NCBI GenBank assembly: GCA_963747405.1
Contig: CAVVFG010000011.1
Span: 5,018 to 69,017 of the forward strand
Direction: 5' to 3'
Length of the DNA stretch: 64,000 nucleotides
Origin: an uncultured Actinomycetota bacterium
GTDB taxonomy: Bacteria > Actinomycetota > Actinomycetes > Actinomycetales > Dermatophilaceae
Shown here one piece after another: positions 23,477 through 34,100 of this stretch. How positions within the stretch are numbered: position 1 is the stretch's first letter; each line of letters begins with the position of its first letter. The notes beneath the pieces were generated by a model that was given only the letters and a program-made list of their open reading frames with translations, did not search any database and was not told the DNA's origin. The position numbers and the translations under genes are program-made.

Positions 23477-23998
23477 TCACCCCCCGCGCAGCCGGTGCGA
23501 CAGGTCGGACAAGCCGCTGGTCGACTCGCGCAGCACCCCGAGCACCCAGTCGCGGCGGCGCACGTGCTGAGCCAGCACCAGGTCGAGCTCGGCCTGCAGC
23601 GCTCGCTGCGTCGCGGCGCGCGCCGCGTCGGCGTCGGCGTCGGCCGGGCCGGTGACTCCCCAGCCGATCTCCACCCGCCCCTCGCGCACGTCGAGCCCGG
23701 CCGCGCGGGCGCGCTCCTCGATCGCCCGCCCCCGCGCCACGAGGTCGGCGAGGTCGGTTGCGTGGTCCTGGAGCACCCGGCCGACCCGGTCGAGCTGGCC
23801 GGAGGCGGTGTCCGTGGCCGCGGCCAGGTCGGCGGCGCGGCGCCGGGTGGCCGCTGAGGTGCGGCCTGCCCACCCCTCGCCGAGAGCCTGGGATGCCGTG
23901 CGCACGCCGGTCGCGCGGTCGGTGAGCCGCTGCGACACCGAGCGCACGGTGCCCGCACACGCCGACAGGGATGCCGGGTCGCCCGGCACCACGCTCAC
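23477..23998 (-). CDS. WXG100/ESAT-6-like helical protein (putative)
   Basis: VPGDPASL start, central GEGWAG (W-x-G) flanked by helical segments. GTGA-coupled to the upstream small gene. Confidence 0.5.
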   Translation of the reverse strand: MSVVPGDPASLSACAGTVRSVSQRLTDRATGVRTASQALGEGWAGRTSAATRRRAADLAAATDTASGQLDRVGRVLQDHATDLADLVARGRAIEERARAAGLDVREGRVEIGWGVTGPADADADAARAATQRALQAELDLVLAQHVRRRDWVLGVLRESTSGLSDLSHRLRGG

Positions 23999-24303
23999 GC
24001 CGGGTCCTCGACGTCCACCGGCGCGGCCGTGGAGGCACCGGCATCCGCCGGCCCGCCGGCACCGACCGGCCCCTCGGCGTGCCGGGCGAGCGCGGGGGAG
24101 AGGTCGGCGGCCTGCTCGCCGAGCGCACGCAGCGTGTCGGCGACCTGGTCGAGCCAGTCGTCGAGCACGCGCTGCGGCCGGGGCTCGCCGGTCACCACGA
24201 GGCACGCCAGCACGTCGTCCTCGGCCTCGTTGACGGTGGCGCGAAGCCCGTCGAGCTGCTCGAGGGCCGCGCGAGCGCGCTGCGGGTCGGGTCGCAGGGG
24301 CAC
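23995..24303 (-). CDS. Small helical hypothetical protein
   Basis: 102-aa ORF translationally coupled to the WXG-like gene. Confidence 0.55.
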   Translation of the reverse strand: MPLRPDPQRARAALEQLDGLRATVNEAEDDVLACLVVTGEPRPQRVLDDWLDQVADTLRALGEQAADLSPALARHAEGPVGAGGPADAGASTAAPVDVEDPA

Positions 24304-24380
24304 CTGCCCACTCTAGGGATGTCCGGCGCCGGCGCCGCCGGGTTACCCACAGGCCGGGCGTCGTGCCCACCGTGTCCCGA

Positions 24381-24534
24381 GATCGACCAATAGGTCGCGT
24401 CAGGGATGTCGGCTCGTCCTGGGATCGACCAATAGGTCGCGTCAGGGATGCCGGCTCGTCCTGGGATCGACCAATAGGTCGCGTCAGGGACGTCGGCTCG
24501 TCCTGGGATCGACCAATAGGTCGCGTCAGGGACG
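24381..24534. repeat. Intergenic 42-bp tandem repeat x3.7 (REP-like; core ATCGACCAATAGGTCGC)
   Basis: Units start at 24381, 24423, 24465 and 24507 and differ by only 1-2 nt. The core holds a GACC-AATA-GGTC mini-hairpin. Confidence 0.9.
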
Positions 24535-24582
24535 CAAGATCCTTCGCTGCGGCTGGCCGAGGTGTCGGCGTAGGGTCGCCGG

Positions 24583-25005
24583 ATGGCTCCCGACGACCGC
24601 GCCGACATCCTGCCCGGCGGCCCTCTCGACGCCCTCGCCGAGGTCCAGCAGCTGCTCGACGACCTTCGTGGCGCCGACCCGCAGGTCGACGCCACGGCCC
24701 GGCTGCTCTTCGCGCGCGAGGCGTGGCGCCTCGACGACGACGGCCCGGCCGCGTCGCTCTCGGCCACCCTCGAGTCCGCCCTCACCAAGGCTTCTCCAAA
24801 CAGCGCTGTGCAGCAACGGTTCTCGGCTCCTGACTGGGTGGAGGCGCCACTGTGGCAGGCGGACGGCATCCCGGCCCTCGTCTGTGGTCCCGACGGTGGC
24901 GGCATGCACGCCGCCGACGAGTGGGTCGACCTCGACCAGGTGCGCCGGTATGCCGTTGCCCTCACCGGCGCCGTCGCGTACTGGGCGGCCGAGCATGCCC
25001 ACTGA
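24583..25005 (+). pseudogene. C-terminal remnant of an M20 (ArgE/DapE-like) peptidase
   Basis: GIPALVCGPDGGGMHAADEWVDL is the M20 C-terminal motif. The N-terminal metal ligands are absent and the repeat array sits where they would be. Confidence 0.7.
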
Positions 25006-26416
25006 CCCACGCCGGCTGCGTGGCGACGCCCCGCTGCTCGACGCCTGGCTGCGCTTCCACGAGGAGGCGCCGACGCCCTTCACCATCCCCGGCCACAAGC
25101 AGCGGCGCGACCTGGTCGGCGATGTCGTCGCCGGCGACGTCCCCCTGTACGCCGGCCTCGACACGATGAAGCTGGCCCGCGGCGTCGTGGCCGAGGCCGA
25201 GGCGCGTGCCGCCCGGCTGTGGGGAGCCGACCTGTGCCGCTTCTCGGTCGGTGGGTCGACGCACGGCAACCAGGCGCTGGCGCTGGCGGTGGCGCAGCCG
25301 GGCGACCGCGTGGTGGTGGCGCGCACGCTGCACCGCTCGATGCTGCTCGGCCTGGTGCTCGCCGGCCTGGCACCGGTATGGCTGCGCCCGGAGGTCGACC
25401 CCACCCACGGGCTCCCCACCGGTGTGACGGCCTCGGCCCTCGACGCCGCGCTCGCCGCGGCGCCCGACGCCAAGGCCGTCTTCGTCGGCGACCCGTCCTA
25501 CGTCGGCACCGTCGGCGACGTGGGCAGCCTGGCCACCGTGGCGCACCGGCACGGCATCCCGCTCGTGGTGGATGCCGCGTGGGGCGCGCACCTCGGCTTC
25601 CACCCCGCCCTGCCGCCGCACGCGCTCGCCGCCGGCGCCGACGCCCTCGTCACGAGCGCTCACAAGGCCCTACCGGCCTGGTCGCAGGGTGCCCTGGTAC
25701 TGGCGCGCAGCCGACGCATCGGCCGGGCCCGGTTCGACGCGGCCGTGGTGGCGACCGCCACGACCAGCCCCTCGGGCGCCATCCTCGCCAGCATCGATGC
25801 CGCCCGCGCCCTCCTCGCGCGCGACGGCGAGTCCCTGCTCGGCCCGGTCATCGAGGCGGTGGCCGCGGTGCGCGAGCGGCTCGCGCGGGTGCCCGGCCTG
25901 GTCGTGCTCGACGGTCCAGGGGTCGACCCCACCCGGCTTACCCTGGTGCTTCCCGGCACCGGTGCCGACGGCAACGACGTGGAGGCCGACCTGCTGGCCC
26001 GCGGCATGCCCGTCGAGATGGCCGACCGTGACACGCTCGTCGCGATGGTCACCATGGCCGACACCGGTGAGGGCCTGGTCGACCTCGCCGTGGCGCTGGT
26101 GGAGTCGGTCGAGCGGCACCGCGCCGGTCCCCGGCCGGTGGTCGCCTCGGGAGTCTGGGCGGTCGACCCGGTTCCCGTCGTCACCCCGCGCGAGGCGTTC
26201 TTCGCGCCGCGCGAGAGCGTCGAGGTCGAGCGGGCGGTGGGCCGGGTCAGCGCCGAGCTGGTCGCGCCGTACCCACCCGGCATCCCGGTGCTGGCACCCG
26301 GCGAGGAGGTCACCCTCGACGCCGTCGACGCCCTGCGGGCGGCCCGGGCGGCCGGCAGCCGGATCGCCTACGCCGCCGACCCCACCGTGCACACGCTCGA
26401 CGTGATCGCCGAGTAG
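24995..26416 (+). CDS. PLP-dependent Orn/Lys/Arg decarboxylase (fold type I)
   Basis: FTIPGHK, GGSTHGN, VDAAWGAH, PLP lysine SAHK, C-terminal PYPPGIPVLAPGE. Confidence 0.88.
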   Translation: MPTDPRRLRGDAPLLDAWLRFHEEAPTPFTIPGHKQRRDLVGDVVAGDVPLYAGLDTMKLARGVVAEAEARAARLWGADLCRFSVGGSTHGNQALALAVAQPGDRVVVARTLHRSMLLGLVLAGLAPVWLRPEVDPTHGLPTGVTASALDAALAAAPDAKAVFVGDPSYVGTVGDVGSLATVAHRHGIPLVVDAAWGAHLGFHPALPPHALAAGADALVTSAHKALPAWSQGALVLARSRRIGRARFDAAVVATATTSPSGAILASIDAARALLARDGESLLGPVIEAVAAVRERLARVPGLVVLDGPGVDPTRLTLVLPGTGADGNDVEADLLARGMPVEMADRDTLVAMVTMADTGEGLVDLAVALVESVERHRAGPRPVVASGVWAVDPVPVVTPREAFFAPRESVEVERAVGRVSAELVAPYPPGIPVLAPGEEVTLDAVDALRAARAAGSRIAYAADPTVHTLDVIAE

Positions 26417-26424
26417 CCGGGCCG

Positions 26425-27948
26425 TCAGCCGCCGGCGCGGAACCCCCGAGCCACCTCAGCGAGCAACCGCGCCCCGAACCCCGTCGCGCCCTTGCTCCGC
26501 CACGCCTCGTCCGCGTCGACCTGCATGGTGCCGGCGATGTCGACGTGCGCCCAAGGGGTCTCGCCCACGAACTCCTGCAGGAACAGCGCGGCGGTCGTCG
26601 ACCCGGCGAACGGCCCGCCCAGGTTGGAGATGTCGGCGATCTCCGAGTCGAGCTGCTTGCGGTACTTCTTCTCCAGCGGCAGCTGCCACACCGGCTCGTC
26701 GGTGGCCAGCGCGGCCTCCTTGAGCAGCTCGACCAGCTCGCGGTCGTTGCCGAACAGCCCGGCCGTCGACTGCCCCAGCGCCACCAGCACGGCCCCGGTC
26801 AGCGTGGCGATGTCGATGATCGCGTCGACGCCCTCCTCGACGGCCAGCACCAGCGCGTCCATCATCGCCAGGCGGCCCTCGGCATCGGTGTTCTTGATCT
26901 CGACGGTGGTCCCCCCACGTGCGGTCAGCACGTCGCCGAGCTTGTAGGCGGAGCCCGAGGGCATGTTGTCGGTGCACATCAGCCAGCCGGTGACCGCGCT
27001 CGTCGTGCCCAGGTCGCGCAGCGCCACGAACGCGCCGAGCACCGCCGCCGCGCCGCCCATGTCCATCTTCATCAGCAGGTGCATCGGGTCGGACGGCTTG
27101 ATGCTGATGCCCCCGGAGTCGTACATGATCCCCTTGCCGACCAGCCCCAGGTGACCCGTCGGCTCGCCCGGCGGCAGGTAGCGCAGCTTGACCATGCGGG
27201 GTTCCTCGGTACTGCCGGCGTTGACGCCGAGGATGCCGCCGCAGCCCAGCTCGATGAGCTGCGCCTTGTCGAACGACTCGACCTCGAAGCCGTAGCGCGT
27301 CCCCAGCTCGGCGGCGATGTCGGCCATGGCGGATGCCGTGAGGTGGGCGGGTGGGCCGTTCGCCAGGTCGCGCGCCACGGCGGCCGCGCGGCTGCTGACG
27401 ACACCGGTCGCCACCCCGGCGGCGACCTCGTCGGGGTCGGCCCCGTCGACCGCGAGCGCGAGGTGGGTCAGCGGCTGCTCGCGGTGCTTCGAGCGCAGCG
27501 CGGTGAACCGGTAGCGAGCCAGGAGCGCGCCCTCGGTGGCGGCCCGGCCGGCATCCACCGCTCCGACGGCGGTCGACGGCATCCGCACGCCGAGCCGGCC
27601 ACCCGTGCGGGCAGTGGCGCGGGCGGCGGCGGCCACGGCGTCGCGCAGCGCCACCTCGTCGAGGCTGCCGGGGGCACCGGCACCGACGAGCACCAGCACC
27701 GGCCCGTCGGCACGGGGGACCACGAGGCTGGAACCGGCCGACCCGTCGAAACCGGCTGCCCGCAGGGCAGATCGGTCGAGGCCGGTGCCGAGGTCGGCCG
27801 GTAGGTCGCCCTCGGCGGGCACGAGCACGGCCACCGCGTCGAGCGCCGACGGGTCGAGGGTGGCGACCGCCGAGACGGCGACGCTCGTGCGCTCCGACGG
27901 CACGGGGCTGTAGTCGGCGGGGATGAGCAGGCTGGGATTGCGGGACAT
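26425..27948 (-). CDS. pepA: Leucyl aminopeptidase (M17)
   Basis: GLVGKGIMYDSGG, MKMDMGGAA, NTDAEGRL, WAHVDIAG. Confidence 0.93.
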   Translation of the reverse strand: MSRNPSLLIPADYSPVPSERTSVAVSAVATLDPSALDAVAVLVPAEGDLPADLGTGLDRSALRAAGFDGSAGSSLVVPRADGPVLVLVGAGAPGSLDEVALRDAVAAAARATARTGGRLGVRMPSTAVGAVDAGRAATEGALLARYRFTALRSKHREQPLTHLALAVDGADPDEVAAGVATGVVSSRAAAVARDLANGPPAHLTASAMADIAAELGTRYGFEVESFDKAQLIELGCGGILGVNAGSTEEPRMVKLRYLPPGEPTGHLGLVGKGIMYDSGGISIKPSDPMHLLMKMDMGGAAAVLGAFVALRDLGTTSAVTGWLMCTDNMPSGSAYKLGDVLTARGGTTVEIKNTDAEGRLAMMDALVLAVEEGVDAIIDIATLTGAVLVALGQSTAGLFGNDRELVELLKEAALATDEPVWQLPLEKKYRKQLDSEIADISNLGGPFAGSTTAALFLQEFVGETPWAHVDIAGTMQVDADEAWRSKGATGFGARLLAEVARGFRAGG

Positions 27949-28049
27949 CGTCAGCTCCAAGTGTCGGCTGCTCAGACCCTAGTGCCGAGCGGCCCGAGCG
28001 GCACAGGTATGTCGAACGCCCTGTGCGGCACGGGGCTAGAGTCGCGCGC

Positions 28050-29609
28050 ATGAGCCCGGTGGCGACGACCTTGGTCATCCTCGCCCTTGCCGTCGTCGCC
28101 TTCATGTCCAACCGGATCCCGTTGGGGATCGTCGCCATCGGTGTGTCGGTCTCGCTGTGGCTCACCGGCATCCTCGACCTGAACCAGGCGCTCGCCGGCT
28201 TCGGCGACCCGACCGTCATCTTCATCGCGACGCTGTTCGTCGTCGGCGAGGCCCTGGACTCCACCGGCGTCACCGCGTGGGCCGGCCAGCAGCTGATCGC
28301 CCGCGGTGGCACCGACCGCGGCCGGCTGCTCACCGTCGTCTGCCTGCTGGTAGCGGGGCTCACCGCGCTGATCAGCGTCAACGGGGCGGTCGCCGCGCTC
28401 GTCCCGGTCGTCGTGGTGGTCGCCACCCGGGCGGCGCTGTCGCCCTCGCAGATGCTGATGCCGCTCGCGTTCTCCGCACACGCGGGGTCGATGCTCGCCC
28501 TGACCGGCACGCCCGTGAACATCATCGTCAGCGAGGCGGCTGCGGATGCCGGGGGTCGCCACTTCGGCTACTTCGAGTTCGCGCTGGCCGGCGTGCCGCT
28601 GCTGGTCGGAACGGTGCTGGTGGTCGTGCTCCTCGGCCGCCGGCTGTTGCCCGAGCGCACCGCGGCGACGCTGCCGCAGGACCTCGGCGACCTCACCGAC
28701 GCGCTGCGCGCGCAGTACGCCCTGCCCGACGGCGACCTCGTCGGCACCGAGCGCGGGGTGACCGAGGTCGTGGTGGCGCCCCGGTCGCCGTTGATCGGGC
28801 AGCACCTCTTCCCGGGCATGGCCACTGCGAGCGGCGACCTCGTGGTGCTGGCGCTGCAGCGTTCCGGCGACCCCATCGAGGGGCCGGAGGAGACGCTGCG
28901 GGCCGGCGACACCCTGCTGCTGAGCGGCTCATGGGAGAAGCTGCAGCAGCACACCACCGGCGGCTCCGAGGTGCTCGTGGTGCACGAGCCCGCGCAGCTG
29001 CGGCGCGGCGTGCCGCTCGGCCGCGGCGCCAGGCGGGCGATCGGCATCCTCGCCGCCATGGTGCTGCTCCTCGCGACCGGCATCGTGCCCGCGGCGATCG
29101 CCGGCCTGTTCGCCGCGGCCGCCATCGTGCTCAGCGGGGTGCTCACCTCGACGCAGGCCTACCGGGCGGTCTCGTGGACCACGGTGGTGCTCGTGGGCGG
29201 GATGATCCCGCTCTCGACGGCGTTCGTCACCACCGGCACCGCCGACGCGATCGCCGCCCGCCTGCTCGACCTGGTCGGCTCGGCCTCGCCGCACGTGGCG
29301 CTGCTCGCCGTGTGCGTGCTGACGATGCTGCTCGGCCAGCTGATCAGCAACACGGCGACCGTGCTGATCATGGTGCCGATCGCCGCGGTCGTGGCCGCCG
29401 ACCTCGGCTCGTCGCCGCTGCCCTTCATGATGGCACTGGGCATCTCCGGCGCGGCGTCGTTCCTCACGCCCGTCGCCACCCCGGCCAACACGATGGTGCT
29501 CGAGCCCGGCGGTTACCGCTTCGACGACTACTGGAAGCTGGGCCTGCCCCTCATGTTCCTGTTCCTCGCGGTCGCCGTGGTGTGGGTGCCGCTCGTGTGG
29601 CGGTTCTAG
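28050..29609 (+). CDS. SLC13/CitT-type permease with TrkA-C domain
   Basis: PLAFSAHAGSMLALTGTPVN, TrkA-C EVVVAPRSPLIG, SFLTPVATPANTMVLEPGGYRFDDYWKLG. Confidence 0.85.
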   Translation: MSPVATTLVILALAVVAFMSNRIPLGIVAIGVSVSLWLTGILDLNQALAGFGDPTVIFIATLFVVGEALDSTGVTAWAGQQLIARGGTDRGRLLTVVCLLVAGLTALISVNGAVAALVPVVVVVATRAALSPSQMLMPLAFSAHAGSMLALTGTPVNIIVSEAAADAGGRHFGYFEFALAGVPLLVGTVLVVVLLGRRLLPERTAATLPQDLGDLTDALRAQYALPDGDLVGTERGVTEVVVAPRSPLIGQHLFPGMATASGDLVVLALQRSGDPIEGPEETLRAGDTLLLSGSWEKLQQHTTGGSEVLVVHEPAQLRRGVPLGRGARRAIGILAAMVLLLATGIVPAAIAGLFAAAAIVLSGVLTSTQAYRAVSWTTVVLVGGMIPLSTAFVTTGTADAIAARLLDLVGSASPHVALLAVCVLTMLLGQLISNTATVLIMVPIAAVVAADLGSSPLPFMMALGISGAASFLTPVATPANTMVLEPGGYRFDDYWKLGLPLMFLFLAVAVVWVPLVWRF

Positions 29610-29690
29610 CCGTCTAACCCGCGACGGAGCCGCCGACGTGCGTCGGGGGCCGCGTGGTTGGATCATCGCAACTAGCCCGTGGAGGATGCC

Positions 29691-30899
29691 GTGAACCCCG
29701 TACTCGCCTTCGTCGTCGTGATGGCAGTCTGGACGGTCAGCGAGTTCGTGGCGAAGAAGACGAAGTCGCTGCTGTCCTCGCTGTTCGTCGCCTCGCTGAT
29801 CTTCCTGGCCGGCTTCCTGAGCGGCATCTTCCCCGACGACCTCCTGGCGAGCTCGTCGCTGCTGGCCCTGGCCGGGGTCGTCGTCGGCTTCATCATCGTG
29901 CACCTGGGCACCATGATCAGCCTCGACGACTTCAAGAAGCAGTGGCGCACCTTCCTCATCGGCGCGTCGACGGTGGTGGGCATCGGGGTGGCGCTGTGGC
30001 TGGCCAGCCTGCTCTTCGGCGCCCGGATCAGTGGCAGTGCCGCCGACGGCTACGCGCAGGCGCTCGACTTCGTCGCGGCCGGCACCGGGGCCCTCTCGGG
30101 CGGGACGATCTCGGTCATCATCGTGCAGGAGGCGGCGCTCGGCGTCGGCCTCACCGCCATCGCCGTGTTCCCGGTGCTGATCGCCGCGCTGCAGGGGCTG
30201 GTCGGCTTCCCCCTCACCTCGATCATCCTGCGCCGTGAGGCGGCCCGGCTCAAGGGCGAGTACCGGGCCGGCAACCTCGCGCCCGCCGAAGTGCCCGAGG
30301 CGGGTGCGGCCGAGAAGTCGATGCTTCCGGCGGCCTTGCGCAACACCCCCGGAACCCTGTTCGTCGTCGGGGTCGTCGTGCTGGTGTCGCTCGGCATCAA
30401 CAACCTCACCGACGGCATCCTCAACACCTTCGTCGTGGCGCTGGTATTCGGCATCCTGCTGCGCACCTTCGGGGTCTTCAAGCCCTCGGTGCTGGCCGGC
30501 ATCGACTCCTTCGGCCTGATGATGCTGGCCATCATGATCCTGGTCTTCGGGCCGCTGGCCACCGTGCAGGTCGCGGACGTCAAGGCCCTGGCGTTCCCCC
30601 TGGTGGTCGTCTTCGTCTTCGGCGTGCTCGGCATCGCCGGCTTCTCGGCCCTGGTCGGCAGGCTGCTCGGCTACAGCATCCCGATGTCGGTGGCCATCGG
30701 GCTCACCTCGCTCTACGGCTTCCCCGGCACGATGATCCTGTCGCAGGAGGCGGCCAAGGGGGCCGGCGAGAACCCCGAGGAGGTCGCCGCCATCGAGCAC
30801 GAGATCCTGCCCAAGATGATCGTCGCCGGCTTCTCCACGGTCACCATCACCTCGGTCATCGTCACCAGCATCATCGCCGGGCGGATCGGCGCGGGCTAG
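29691..30899 (+). CDS. Uncharacterised polytopic membrane protein (putative transporter)
   Basis: About 11-12 hydrophobic segments; LYGFPG...ILPKMIVAGFSTVTITSV motif. GGAGG RBS before the GTG at 29691. Confidence 0.72.
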   Translation: MNPVLAFVVVMAVWTVSEFVAKKTKSLLSSLFVASLIFLAGFLSGIFPDDLLASSSLLALAGVVVGFIIVHLGTMISLDDFKKQWRTFLIGASTVVGIGVALWLASLLFGARISGSAADGYAQALDFVAAGTGALSGGTISVIIVQEAALGVGLTAIAVFPVLIAALQGLVGFPLTSIILRREAARLKGEYRAGNLAPAEVPEAGAAEKSMLPAALRNTPGTLFVVGVVVLVSLGINNLTDGILNTFVVALVFGILLRTFGVFKPSVLAGIDSFGLMMLAIMILVFGPLATVQVADVKALAFPLVVVFVFGVLGIAGFSALVGRLLGYSIPMSVAIGLTSLYGFPGTMILSQEAAKGAGENPEEVAAIEHEILPKMIVAGFSTVTITSVIVTSIIAGRIGAG

Positions 30900-31112
30900 C
30901 GCCTGGCGCCCGGGCGGGGTGTGCGGGCGCCGCGCAGGACGCGGGCACCGGCATCCGGATGCCGTGCCGCACCGGGCGCTGTCCCGTGGGCGAGACAGGC
31001 GGCCGCGGAGGCCGGGCCGGAGCGAGGCCCGGAAGTGGATAGGCTCGGTCGCGGACACGAGGGCGTGTCCCGCCGTCTCCGGTGAGTAGCGACGAAGGAG
31101 TGCCACCGCACC

Positions 31113-34100
31113 ATGTCGACCCCGCTGGCCCGTACCCGTAAGGACGTCCTCAAGCCGATCGCCGCGGCGTTCGAGCAGGTGGCGCCCGATGGCGGGGGGG
31201 CCGAGTTCGTCGCCCGCTACTTCCGGCACGTCCCGCTCGACGAGCTCACCTCGCGCAGCCCCGACGTGTACGCCGGCGCGGCCGCCAGCCACCTCGAGCT
31301 CGCCCGCCACCGGCTCCCGGGGATGGCCAACGTGCGGGTCTACAACCCCAGCACCGAGCTCGACGGCTGGAGCAACGCGCGCACCGTGATCCAGATCGTC
31401 ACCGACGACATGCCCTTCCTCGTCGACTCCGTCACCGGCGCGCTCGTCAACGCGGGCATCGACATCCACCTCATCGTGCACCCGCAGCTGGTGGTGAGCC
31501 GCGACGCCGTCGGCGAGCTCGAGCGGGTCGTCGCGCGCGACGTCAGCGGCCGGAAGAAGGCGAAGGTCGCCGTCGGCGAGCTGTCCGAGTCGTGGATGCT
31601 GCTCTCGATCGACCGCGAGAGCGACGAGGAGCGCCGGGCGCTGCTCGAGCGCACCGTGCGCGACGTGCTCGAGGACGTGCGGCAGGCCGTGGAGGACTGG
31701 CCCAAGATGCGCAGCAAGTGCCTCGTGCTCGCCGCCGAGCTCGAGGGCGCGCCGCCGCCGGTCGTCGACGCCGACGAGACCGCGCTCGCCATCCGCTTCC
31801 TGCGCTGGATGGCCGATGACCACTTCACCTTCCTGGGTTATCGCGACTACACGCTGCACCACACGGGCGAGGGCGAGGTGATCACCCCGGTCACCGGCTC
31901 CGGGCTGGGCCTGCTGCGATCCGACCCGCCGCTCGGCCAGGACCCCGTGCTGCTCACCCCGCAGGCCTCGGCCAAGGCGCACGAGCCCACCATCCTGGTG
32001 CTCACCAAGGCCAACACCCGCTCCACGGTGCACCGCATCGCGCACCTCGACTACGTGGGCGTGAAGCGGTACGACGACCAGGGCGAGGTCGTCGGTGAGC
32101 GACGGTTCCTCGGGTTGTACGCCTCGACCGCCTACACCGAGTCGGTGATGCGGGTGCCGCTGGTCGCCGAGAAGGTGAACGCCGTGCTCGAACGCTCGGG
32201 CGTGATGCCCGACAGCCACACCGGCAAGGACCTGCTCGGGGTGCTCGAGGGCTACCCCCGCGACGAGCTGATCCAGGCCAGCGTCGAGCAGCTCTACGAG
32301 ACCGCCATGGCGGTCACCCAGCTGCAGGAGCGCCGCCGCACCAAGCTGTTCATCCGCGAGGACGACTTCGGGCGGTTCGTCTCCTGCCTGGTCTACATCC
32401 CGCGCGACCGCTACAACACCAGCGTGCGCCTGCGGATGGCCGACATCCTCAAGGAGACCTTCCACGGCGAGTCGGTCGAGTTCTCCGCCCGGGTGAGCGA
32501 GTCCGCGCTGTCCAGGCTGCAGTTCGTGGTGCGGGTGCCCAAGGGCAAGCGGGTGCCCACGCTCGGCCGCGCCGAGCAGGACGACCTCGAGCACCGGCTG
32601 GTCGAGGTGAGCCGCACCTGGAGCGACCGGCTCGGCGACGCCCTGCGCGCCGCGCGGGGTGAGGAGGAGGGCGACCGCCTCATGGACCGGTTCGGGCGGG
32701 CCTTCCCGACCGCCTACGAGGAGACCTTCTCGGTCAACCAGGGCGTCGCCGACCTCCGCCACCTCGACCGGCTCGGGGACGGCACCGGTACCAGCGTCGC
32801 GCTCTACCGACCCGCCGGTGCGCCCGGCGACGTGCGCCGCTTCAAGCTGTTCCGGGTCGACCCGCTCAGCCTCACCGACATCCTGCCGATCTTCACCGAC
32901 ATGGGCGTCGAGGTCGTCGACGAGCAGCCCTTCGAGGTGGCCCGCGCCGACGGCACCACCCTGCACGTCTACGACTTCGGCCTGCGGGTGCCCGACGCCG
33001 CGATCTGGGACGAGTGCCCGCACGAGCAGCTGCGCGACCTGTTCGAGGGCGCCGTCGCTGCCGTGTGGGACGGCCGCGCCGAGAGCGATGGCTTCAACCG
33101 GCTGGTGCTCGCCGCCCAGCTCCCCTGGCGCCAGGTGGTCGTGCTCCGGGCCGTCGCGAAGTACCTGCGCCAGACCCGGGCCACCTACTCGCAGGACTAC
33201 CTCGAGGACGCCCTCGTCTCGCACCCGTCTATCGCTCGTGACCTGGTCTCCTTGTGGGAGAACCGTTTCGACCCGGAGCGCTTCGCAGGTGAGGTCGGCG
33301 ACGAGCGCACCACCGCGGAGGAGGAGGCTGCCGGCCGAGTGGTCGACGCCCTCGACGAGGTCTCATCGCTCGACCACGACCGGATCATCCGGGCCTTCCT
33401 CGGCGTCATCCGCGCGGGGTTGCGCACGAACTACTACCAGCCGGGCGCCGACGGCGAGCACAAGCCCTACGTCTCGCTCAAGCTCAACCCCAAGGCCGTG
33501 CCCGACCTGCCGGCGCCCCGGCCGCGGTTCGAGATCTGGGTCTACAGCCCGCGGGTCGAGGGCGTCCACCTGCGCTTCGGCCCGGTCGCGCGCGGCGGCC
33601 TGCGCTGGAGCGACCGGCGCGAGGACTTCCGTACCGAGGTACTCGGCCTGGTCAAGGCGCAGATGGTCAAGAACGCCGTCATCGTGCCGACCGGCTCCAA
33701 GGGCGGGTTCTACCCCAAGCAGCTGCCCGACCCCACCGTCGACCGCGAGGCGTGGCTGGAGGAGGGCAAGGCGGCCTACCGGATGTTCATCTCCGCGCTG
33801 CTCGACATCACCGACAACCGGGTGGCCGGTGCCGCGGTGCCGCCCGAGCACGTGGTGCGGCACGACTCCGACGACGTCTACCTCGTCGTCGCGGCCGACA
33901 AGGGCACGGCCACGTTCTCCGACATCGCGAACGGTGTGGCTCAGTCCTACGGCTTCTGGCTCGACGACGCGTTCGCGTCGGGCGGCTCGGCGGGCTACGA
34001 CCACAAGGCGATGGGCATCACCGCCCGCGGCGCGTGGGAGTCGGTCAAGCGGCACTTCCGCGAGATGGGCGTCGACACCCAGACCCAGGACTTCACCGTC

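Noticed and set aside
24381-24534. CRISPR array
   Set aside because: Units are head-to-tail near-identical with no unique spacers, and no cas genes are present.
28929-33224. 1431-aa antisense ORF
   Set aside because: Shadow frame across the permease, membrane-protein and gdh genes.
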